From positions 1-13,426 of the forward strand of contig JBHHXT010000126.1 in NCBI GenBank assembly GCA_046757165.1: a stretch of 13,426 nucleotides of DNA, written 5' to 3'. This DNA is from a bacterium (GTDB lineage Bacteria; Zhuqueibacterota; Zhuqueibacteria; Oceanimicrobiales; Oceanimicrobiaceae). A model generated the notes under the pieces. The model saw nothing but the letters and a program-made list of their open reading frames with translations, made no database searches and was not told the DNA's origin. Positions 6,288 to 13,426 of this stretch are shown here, one piece after another; position 1 is the first letter of the stretch; each line of letters starts with the position of its first letter. The position numbers and the translations under genes are program-made.

Positions 6288-8609
6288 ATGCAACCTGCTG
6301 CTGTTATGGAAGATAATGCGTTAACCAGGGAAGTAAATCGGGAATCGAGAAGGCGGAGCATGGAACCCATTCGCCAGATTCCCGGTTTTGTTAGCGGCAA
6401 TGAGGCGGCTGCACTCGCGGCGCGAGATATTCAGTTCCACGTGATGGGATACTTCCCGATCACGCCCTCCACAGAAGTTTCCGAAAATCTTTCCAAAATG
6501 CAAGCCAATGGTGAGCACGAGATCGTCATGATTCCTGGTGATGGCGAACACGGAGCGGCTGGCATTTGTTACGGCGCGGCCCTGGGCGGCGGACGGGTGC
6601 TGAATGTTACGTCGTCGCAAGGTTTGCTCTATGCTCTGGAGCAGCTTCCGGTTCAATCAGGCACGCGTGCCCCGATGGTGCTGAACATCGCAACCCGTTC
6701 TGTGTCGGGTCCTCTGGATATCCGTTGTGATCATTCCGACATCTATTTCGCCCTCAATACCGGTTGGATCATGCTGCTCGCGCGAGATCCACAAGCCGTC
6801 TACGATCTAGATTTTGCCGCGGTGCGTATTGGAGAACACCCGGAGGTGCGTCTGCCGGTGCTTCTTGCTTATGACGGTTTTTTTACCAGTCACCAGAAAC
6901 GCCGCGTCCAGCTTTTTGACGATCAAGAAGCTATTCAGGCTTTTTTGGGGCAACCTGAAGCGCCGTACACAGCGTTAGACCCCAAGCATCCGGTAACCTT
7001 TGGACCGTACATGAATGACCCGGACCTTATTAACAATAAGATGCAGCTTTCACAAGCTATGGAAGCGGCGCGACGGGTGATTCCGGAGGTTTTAGCGGAA
7101 CTCGAAACGATAACGGGACGGCGTTACCCGGTGCTCGATGCGTATCAAATGGAAGACGCGGAGGTAGCGGTCGTCCTTATCAACTCTGCGGCGGAAACCG
7201 CCAAAGAGGTCGCGGACCGGTTGCGAGCCAAAGGGCAAAAAGTCGGTGTACTGTCGCCGAACGTTCTGCGGCCGTTTCCAGGTGAGGCATTCCGTGAGGC
7301 GCTCAGGAACGTACGCGCAGTTTTAGTCGGTGACCGCGCGGATTCCTGCGGCGCAGACGGCGGAAATCTTTCCCTCGAGGTGCGCGCGGCCCTGCAGCAA
7401 GACGCCGGGAACCACACCCGTGTTCTGGCGCGGATTTATGGGCTGGGTGGCCGGGACTTCTACGATACCGATGCCGAACAGTTTTTTGATGAAGCCCGGA
7501 AGGCGGACGAGGCGCCACTGTTTGCCTATCACGGGGTGTACGCGGGGGACGCGGCTAAGCACCCCCGCCGCGGTCTTCCCGCGATTGAGACAGAAGAAGT
7601 TTCTTGCGGCATGGCAAAGGTGGTCCAGGACCCCAAGACCGGACGCTTACAGGTAGATCTCGAGCCCTTATGGGCCATGACGACGGTTCCCAGCCGGATT
7701 GCGCCCGGTCATGGCGGTTGTCCCGGATGTGGAATTTTCCCGATTTTGCATCAGGTGTACAGCGTTTTGGAAGGAGATATCGTCGTGCTGTTCCAGACCG
7801 GCTGCGGTATGGTGGTGACTACCGGCTACCCCAAGACCGCGCATCGTATTACCTACATTCATAATCTGTTTCAAAACGGGGCGGCCACCTTGTCGGGACT
7901 TGTAGAGATGTACCACGAGCGGGTACGTCGGGGCGAGCTACCCAGGTCCACCGACATTACTTTTCTGATGGTTACGGGAGATGGCGGCATGGATATCGGC
8001 ATGGGAGCGGCACTTGGGGCGGCCAACCGTAATCACCGCATGATTATTCTCGAATACGACAATCAGGCCTACATGAATACCGGCTCACAGCTTTCGTATT
8101 CCACCCCAATGGGTCATCAGACCTCTACCAGTATGGTGGGTAGTAAGCTTGCGGGAAAGCTTTTTCACCACAAGGATACGCCCCAGATCTTTGCGGCCTG
8201 TCATCTGCCGTACGTTTTTACGGCCAGCGAAGGTTATCCGGAGGATCTCATGCGCAAAGCGGCCAAGGCACAATGGTACGCAAAGCGCGAAGGGCTGGTT
8301 TACGGCAAAGTGTTGTCGTTTTGTCCGCTAAACTGGCGGACTGCGGACGACGTTGGCCAGTCGGTTCTCCAGGCGGCGGTGGATTCCTGTTTCTTCCCAA
8401 TTTACGAAGTGGAGAAAGGGAAAACCGTGATCAATTATGATCCGGACATTTTGGGCCGGCGTATACCGCTCGGTGATTGGTTGAAACAAATGGGGAAAAC
8501 CCGGCATTTGTTGAAGCCTAAGAATGCCGAGATTCTTAACACGTTTGAAAAGGAAGTTGAACGGCGGTGGAGCCGTTTAAAAGCCATGCACGAACATGAA
8601 GAACTTTAA
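6288..8609 (+). CDS. 2-oxoacid (probably pyruvate):ferredoxin oxidoreductase alpha-beta fusion, TPP-dependent
   Basis: Alpha: SGNEAAA, YFPITPST, GEHGA, TSSQGL, DHSD, DGFFTSH, YGLGGRD. Beta: CPGCG, QTGC, GDGG, DNQAYMNTG, CP. Start uncertain among 6276, 6288 and 6360; GGAG at 6278-6281 favours 6288. Confidence 0.93.
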   Translation: MQPAAVMEDNALTREVNRESRRRSMEPIRQIPGFVSGNEAAALAARDIQFHVMGYFPITPSTEVSENLSKMQANGEHEIVMIPGDGEHGAAGICYGAALGGGRVLNVTSSQGLLYALEQLPVQSGTRAPMVLNIATRSVSGPLDIRCDHSDIYFALNTGWIMLLARDPQAVYDLDFAAVRIGEHPEVRLPVLLAYDGFFTSHQKRRVQLFDDQEAIQAFLGQPEAPYTALDPKHPVTFGPYMNDPDLINNKMQLSQAMEAARRVIPEVLAELETITGRRYPVLDAYQMEDAEVAVVLINSAAETAKEVADRLRAKGQKVGVLSPNVLRPFPGEAFREALRNVRAVLVGDRADSCGADGGNLSLEVRAALQQDAGNHTRVLARIYGLGGRDFYDTDAEQFFDEARKADEAPLFAYHGVYAGDAAKHPRRGLPAIETEEVSCGMAKVVQDPKTGRLQVDLEPLWAMTTVPSRIAPGHGGCPGCGIFPILHQVYSVLEGDIVVLFQTGCGMVVTTGYPKTAHRITYIHNLFQNGAATLSGLVEMYHERVRRGELPRSTDITFLMVTGDGGMDIGMGAALGAANRNHRMIILEYDNQAYMNTGSQLSYSTPMGHQTSTSMVGSKLAGKLFHHKDTPQIFAACHLPYVFTASEGYPEDLMRKAAKAQWYAKREGLVYGKVLSFCPLNWRTADDVGQSVLQAAVDSCFFPIYEVEKGKTVINYDPDILGRRIPLGDWLKQMGKTRHLLKPKNAEILNTFEKEVERRWSRLKAMHEHEEL

Positions 8610-8621
8610 AGAGTTAGGACC

Positions 8622-9494
8622 ATGCCAAGAATCATTGAAAAACGAACATTAACTCCGGTGACCAGGCTGTTTCGTGTCGAATCGACGTGGATCGCCGCGG
8701 CGGCGATCCCGGGGCAATTTGTAATCGTCCGGGTACACGAGGGGGGTGAACGCATCCCGCTTACTATTGCAGACTTCGATCCCAGAGCTGGGGTGGTGAC
8801 CATTGTAGTTCAGGAAGTAGGCGTTACCACTCGGATTTTGGGTGCGCTTCAAGAAGGCGAGGAGATTCTCGATATGGCTGGTCCGCTCGGTGAGCCTGCC
8901 AATGTTCCGCCGGGAGGACACGTAGTTGGCGTGGGTGGGGGATTTGGTGCCGCGGCGTTATGGTGCATGATGCGCGAGTTTAAGGAACGGGGTGACCGCA
9001 CCACGATCATTCTCGGTGCGCGCCAGCAGGATCTCTTGATTCTGATCGAGGAGCTGCGTGTCGTCTGCGACAACCTGGAATTGTGCACCGACGATGGCTC
9101 GGTCGGATATAAGGGATTTGTCACGGGCCGGCTTCAGCAACTGATAGATGGCGATGGGCCGGGACGACCCGATTATGTCGTCGCCATTGGCCCCATGCCG
9201 ATGATGCGCGCCGTAGCCGAAACAACCCGCTCCACGGGTATTCCGACCCAGGTTTCAATGGACCCCCTCATGATTGACGGCACCGGCATGTGCGGCGGCT
9301 GCCGGGTGATGGTGAACGGGGAATCGAAGTTTGCTTGCGTGGATGGCCCCTTGTTTGACGCCCATCAAGTGGATTTTGCCGAGGCGGTTCGGCGCAACAA
9401 GATGTACGTCAAAGAGGAAAAGCTGGCGGCGCAAAGACAGCTGGAACGGTTAGAGAGAAGGAGAACATCTGATGCCAGCAAAACGTTACGATAA
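8622..9494 (+). CDS. nfnA: NADH-dependent reduced ferredoxin:NADP+ oxidoreductase small subunit (NfnA/SudB-like; FAD, [2Fe-2S])
   Basis: PGQFVIVR, ERIPLTIAD, GPLG, GGGFG, TDDGS, AIGPMPMM, MIDGTGMCGGCRV...CVDGP. Confidence 0.9.
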   Translation: MPRIIEKRTLTPVTRLFRVESTWIAAAAIPGQFVIVRVHEGGERIPLTIADFDPRAGVVTIVVQEVGVTTRILGALQEGEEILDMAGPLGEPANVPPGGHVVGVGGGFGAAALWCMMREFKERGDRTTIILGARQQDLLILIEELRVVCDNLELCTDDGSVGYKGFVTGRLQQLIDGDGPGRPDYVVAIGPMPMMRAVAETTRSTGIPTQVSMDPLMIDGTGMCGGCRVMVNGESKFACVDGPLFDAHQVDFAEAVRRNKMYVKEEKLAAQRQLERLERRRTSDASKTLR

Positions 9495-10866
9495 AACGCC
9501 CATGCCGCAGCGAGACGGGAAGCTGCGGGCGGCGGATTTTTTCGAAGTCAACCAGGGGTATACGTTTGCCCACGCCCTGTTTGAAGCGGAACGTTGCCTG
9601 CGCTGTCAAGAGCCCGATTGTGTAGATGGCTGTCCCGTAGGTATTCCTATCCCTGAGTTTATTCACGCGATTGCGGCAAACGACTTACCCGGCGCCGCCC
9701 ATATTCTGCGGTCTGCCAATCCGCTTCCCGCTATTTGCGGACGGGTTTGTCCACAAGAGGAACAATGTGAGATCAAATGTCACATGGCCAAAGAATTTCA
9801 CCCGGTAGCCATTGGGCACTTGGAGCGGTTTGTTGCGGATTGGGAACGGTCGCAACCGATGACAGAAATGACCAACTCTCCAAAGCGCTCCCAGCGTGTT
9901 GCCGTGATCGGATCGGGTCCCGCAGGATTAGTGTGCGCGGGCGAGCTTGCACGCTTAGGGTATTCCGTAACGATCTACGAGGCGCTTCACGCACCGGGAG
10001 GTGTCCTGCGCTATGGCATTCCAGAGTTCCGGTTGCCCAAGGATATATTGGATTGGGAAATTGACATTCTCAAGCGAAATGGCGTGGAGATTGTCTGTAA
10101 TGTGATCGTGGGCAAAACCATCAAGCTTGACGACCTGTTCGAGCGCATGGGTTTTTCGGCGGTTTTTGTTGGCACGGGTGCGGGATTGCCTTCATTTCTC
10201 GGCATTCCGGGTGAAAATTACAATGGCGTCTACTCTGCAAACGAGTTTCTAACGCGCATTAATCTAATGCGGGCGTACCGCTTTCCGGAGGCGGACACGC
10301 CGCTGCAAGTTGGTAAACGGGTGGCGGTAATCGGGGCGGGCAACACCGCCATGGATGCGGTCCGTTGCGCGCTGCGTATGGGGGCGGAGGACGGCCTGAT
10401 AGTCTATCGCCGCAGCGAAAAGGAAATGACCGCCCGCGCGGAAGAGTATCACCATGCGCTCGAGGAGGGCGTGAAGTTCAACTGGTTAACCAATCCGGTG
10501 GAAATTCTCGGCGACGGGGAGGGATGGGTGACCGGGCTCAAGTGTGTGCAAATGAAGCTCGGTGAACCGGATTCTTCAGAAAGAGCACGGCCCATTCCGA
10601 TTGAAGGTTCGGAGTTCGTCCTGCCGGTGGACAACGTTGTGCTTTCCATTGGCACCTCGCCCAATCCCGTTCTGGTGAAAACCACTTCGGGATTGAAGAC
10701 GAACCAGAAAGGCGGCCTCGAGGTTGAAGGGGCACAGACTTCCCGCAAACGGGTCTACGCTGGTGGTGATGCGGTGACCGGGGCTGCTACGGTCATCCTC
10801 GCTGCTGGCGCCGGCAAAGACGCCGCCAAAGCGATTCACCGAGATCTTTCTGTGGAAACAGCGTAG
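9472..10866 (+). CDS. nfnB: NfnB/SudA-like large subunit (GltD-like flavoprotein, 2x[4Fe-4S])
   Basis: EAERCLRC...CVDGCP, ICGRVCPQEEQCEIKC, GSGPAG, YGIPEFRLP, GAGNTAMD, YRRS, AGGDAVTGAATVILA. Overlaps nfnA by 23 nt. Confidence 0.9.
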   Translation: MPAKRYDKTPMPQRDGKLRAADFFEVNQGYTFAHALFEAERCLRCQEPDCVDGCPVGIPIPEFIHAIAANDLPGAAHILRSANPLPAICGRVCPQEEQCEIKCHMAKEFHPVAIGHLERFVADWERSQPMTEMTNSPKRSQRVAVIGSGPAGLVCAGELARLGYSVTIYEALHAPGGVLRYGIPEFRLPKDILDWEIDILKRNGVEIVCNVIVGKTIKLDDLFERMGFSAVFVGTGAGLPSFLGIPGENYNGVYSANEFLTRINLMRAYRFPEADTPLQVGKRVAVIGAGNTAMDAVRCALRMGAEDGLIVYRRSEKEMTARAEEYHHALEEGVKFNWLTNPVEILGDGEGWVTGLKCVQMKLGEPDSSERARPIPIEGSEFVLPVDNVVLSIGTSPNPVLVKTTSGLKTNQKGGLEVEGAQTSRKRVYAGGDAVTGAATVILAAGAGKDAAKAIHRDLSVETA

Positions 10867-10950
10867 GATAAGCGAAGTTGTCCACAAAGGAGGTCGGCCA
10901 TCTCAGGTAGGAGAGTTAATTACCGTTACAGTTCAGCATCCAAGCAATGA

Positions 10951-10975
10951 TCGCGACATAAATGTCGCGTTACAA
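10951..10975 (-). repeat. Short REP-like palindrome
   Basis: cgcgacat-aa-atgtcgcg (10952-10969). On the minus strand it is preceded by TGTAA. Confidence 0.5.
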
Positions 10976-10983
10976 GTTGGGCT

Positions 10984-11020
10984 AAGTCCCCGGCACTTTG
11001 AAAGTGCCGGGGACTTTTCT
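10984..11020 (+). terminator. Perfect 16-bp inverted repeat between convergent nfnB and recQ; probable intrinsic terminator or REP-like element
   Basis: aagtccccggcacttt-g-aaagtgccggggactt (10984-11016), ending in ttttct on the + strand. Confidence 0.75.
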
Positions 11021-11054
11021 TAAATGGCATATTTCTCCCGTTTGTGTAAGCCTC

Positions 11055-13268
11055 TTATTCTGAGACCTCCACTCTATCCTCCCCGCCCTGGCGCGCAAGA
11101 TAGGCCAGACGAAGGCACTTCAAGACCTCGTAATCAATGCGCTCGTCAAAAGCTTCATAGACCGGCCTCAGGGCTTCCGTTCCCAGTTCAGAAAACTTAT
11201 CGCAGACCGCCTCGACCTCTTCCGGCAGCAAATTGGAAAGGTTGAACAGATAGTCAGCACGGTCCTCTCCGAAGGAGAATCCGTTCCTGACGAACCTGTA
11301 AAGATTATCCAGAACCGTCACGCGTTTGATGCCAAATTCTTTCTCCAGCTCCTCGAGGCGTTTGCCTTGATTAAAGGCTTCCCCAACGATGACAAACTTG
11401 CGCTTGCCGCCGGACAGGGTTCGGTCAGAGGACATCGTGTGCGCGCCGCCTGATTTCATATAGGTGCGGTCATGAATTCCTTTCCGTTTGCAGTAGCCAT
11501 AGATGTCATTGAGAAACCGCATGCCGTATTTGTTCAACTTGGTGGAGCCAACGCCATACATCTTCTGCAGGTTTTCGCGGGACTGTGGAAAGAAGGCCGC
11601 CATCTCGATGAGCGTCTTGTCCTGAAAGATGACATAGGGAGGCACTTCCTCGGCGTCCGCCAGCATCTTGCGCCGCTTTCTCAGATAGTTGAACAACTCG
11701 ATATCGTACTCCTGCTCCGGGCCTGCCGAAATTGTAACTTCCATCCGCTCGGCTTCGATTTTGCCAGTGACCTTTTCAGTGCCGCGGAGAACCAGGTAGG
11801 CCTTGTCGGTAAGCTTCAGGCTGCCATACTGCGGGTCCTGGTAAATCAGCTCCTTCTGAATAAACTGGCGTGAGAGGTGCATCCACTGCTTCTTGCTGAA
11901 CTCAGTGCCGATGCCGTAGGTGGAAAGGTGCTGGTGGTCGAAGCGAAAGACTTTTTGCGAGGCTGAGCCGCGCAGGACATCGATAATATGAGCCGCGCCA
12001 AACATCTCCTTTGTGCGTTTCACACAGGACAAGAATTTCTGTGCTGGAATCGTAATATCCTCCAGCTTCTTGTCGTCAGCGAGGCAATTGTCGCACATGC
12101 CGCAGTTGTCTTTCGAATACTCCTCGCCAAAATAGGTCAGCAGCGGGATTCGGCGGCACACATCTGTTTCGGCAAGATGCAGCATGGCGTTCAAATGCGT
12201 ACTCGCCACACGCCTTTCCTGACCCTCCTTCTGGTCGATGAGGAAGCGGATTTTCTGAATGTCGCTGTAGCCGAGCAGGAGCAGGCACTCTGACCTAAGA
12301 CCGTCCCGGCCGGCGCGCCCGATTTGCTGGTAGTAGCTCTCGATGTTTTTGGGCAGATCGTAGTGAATGACAAAGCGGACGTTGGGCTTGTTGATCCCCA
12401 TCCCAAAGGCAATGGTGGCAACGATTATCTGCACATCATCGCAGATAAAGAGCTCCTGGTTGCGCTGGCGCACATCGTCACTCATACCGGCATGGTACGG
12501 CTTGACCGACAACCCCTGGCTGTCCAGAAATTCGGATAAGTCCTCTACCTGCCGCCGGGAAAAGCAGTAGATAATGCCCGATTTTTCCGGAAATTCGCGC
12601 AGAAACTCGATGGTCTGAATGGCGGGATTCACCTTTTCCACCACGCGGAGAAAGAGATTGGTGCGATTGAACGAAGCCAGGAATTCGTTCGACTTGCCGA
12701 AGCCGAGGCTCTCCTTAATATCCTGCTGCACCCTCGGCGTGGCGGTGGCGGTCAAGGCGATGCACACAGCTTCAGGGTACGCTCGCCTGGCTTCGATGAG
12801 CTGTCGATACTCAGGCCGGAAGTCGTGCCCCCACTCAGAAATACAGTGGGCTTCGTCGATCGTAAAGCAGGCGAGCTTCTGCGAAGCAAGGAGAGTTTGC
12901 AGTCTGTTGGTCAGCAGCGTTTCAGGTGCAACATACAAAAGTTTCACCTGGTGGCTTCGAATCCGGTTGACATTTTCCTGGTATTGTGCTGGCGAGAGGG
13001 AGCTGTTCAAGTAGACGGCCGGCACACCCAGTGCCGTAAGCTGCTCCACCTGGTCCTTCATCAGGGAAATCAAAGGTGAAACAACAACCGTTAGTCCTTC
13101 AAGAATCAGCGCCGGGATCTGGTAGCATAATGACTTCCCACTCCCGGTGGGCATGATCACCAGCGTGTCTCGTTTGTGCAAAACATTCTCGATGATCTGG
13201 CGCTGCAAGGGTCTGAAGTCCTCATATCCGAAAATTGTTTTGAGGAGCTCCACGGCCTGGTTAGTCAT
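11055..13268 (-). CDS. recQ: ATP-dependent DNA helicase RecQ with RQC, HRDC and a probable C-terminal HTH domain
   Basis: PTGSGKS, SPLISLMKDQV, DEAHCISEWGHDFRPEY, LTATAT, ATIAFGMGINK, GRAGRDG, Zn site CRR...CGMCDNC, HRDC motif VPPYVIFQDKTL. Confidence 0.97.
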   Translation of the reverse strand: MTNQAVELLKTIFGYEDFRPLQRQIIENVLHKRDTLVIMPTGSGKSLCYQIPALILEGLTVVVSPLISLMKDQVEQLTALGVPAVYLNSSLSPAQYQENVNRIRSHQVKLLYVAPETLLTNRLQTLLASQKLACFTIDEAHCISEWGHDFRPEYRQLIEARRAYPEAVCIALTATATPRVQQDIKESLGFGKSNEFLASFNRTNLFLRVVEKVNPAIQTIEFLREFPEKSGIIYCFSRRQVEDLSEFLDSQGLSVKPYHAGMSDDVRQRNQELFICDDVQIIVATIAFGMGINKPNVRFVIHYDLPKNIESYYQQIGRAGRDGLRSECLLLLGYSDIQKIRFLIDQKEGQERRVASTHLNAMLHLAETDVCRRIPLLTYFGEEYSKDNCGMCDNCLADDKKLEDITIPAQKFLSCVKRTKEMFGAAHIIDVLRGSASQKVFRFDHQHLSTYGIGTEFSKKQWMHLSRQFIQKELIYQDPQYGSLKLTDKAYLVLRGTEKVTGKIEAERMEVTISAGPEQEYDIELFNYLRKRRKMLADAEEVPPYVIFQDKTLIEMAAFFPQSRENLQKMYGVGSTKLNKYGMRFLNDIYGYCKRKGIHDRTYMKSGGAHTMSSDRTLSGGKRKFVIVGEAFNQGKRLEELEKEFGIKRVTVLDNLYRFVRNGFSFGEDRADYLFNLSNLLPEEVEAVCDKFSELGTEALRPVYEAFDERIDYEVLKCLRLAYLARQGGEDRVEVSE

Positions 13269-13315
13269 CGGCTGTCAACCTGAGACGTAATCGTACATGC
13301 AATTAAAGTAATTAA

Positions 13316-13343
13316 AGTATAAAATATCGCGCCGGAAATGCAA
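13316..13343 (-). promoter_or_regulatory. Candidate sigma70-type promoter of recQ
   Basis: Minus strand reads TTGCAT-16 nt-TATACT, about 47 nt upstream of the ATG. Confidence 0.5.
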
Positions 13344-13426
13344 GTAGAAAATTCAAGGTTGTTTCTGTACGGTCTCACAATGCTCTAATCAAAGCGCCTA
13401 GATTTTTTCGCAGACTTCGCTGCGAA

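Noticed and set aside
9472..10866. Glutamate synthase small subunit (gltD) call
   Set aside because: There is no gltB nearby, and the overlap with an nfnA-like gene is the NfnAB/SudAB arrangement.
99..13079. Numerous short alternative-frame and antisense ORFs (e.g. 99-608 -, 4126-4467 -, 11024-11245 +, 11472-11873 +, 12619-13014 +)
   Set aside because: They are shadows of well-supported genes and carry no recognisable motifs.

Overview
Bacterial window with three blocks of ordinary genes, separated by unusually repeat-rich spacers. (1) 196-4822 (+): the distal part of an alternative complex III operon (actC, actD, actE, actF and an actG-like gene). actA/actB are not in the window, and no sco/cox genes follow. 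(2) 5088-10866 (+): a 2-oxoacid (probably pyruvate):ferredoxin oxidoreductase built from two fusion proteins (gamma-delta and alpha-beta), followed by the electron-bifurcating transhydrogenase NfnAB. (3) 11055-13268 (-): a convergent recQ. The most interesting signal is non-coding. Every sizeable spacer holds short periodic or palindromic repeats. Three of them look like a decay series of one cassette type: triplet, 9-11-bp-period inverted arms around a GxxExxY-like gene. These are a gene tail plus right arm at 1-108, an internally deleted and frameshifted copy at 2503-2649, and an empty copy at 2332-2429. All sit at gene junctions inside or just ahead of the act genes. Family assignments come from motif recognition by eye; no searches were run.
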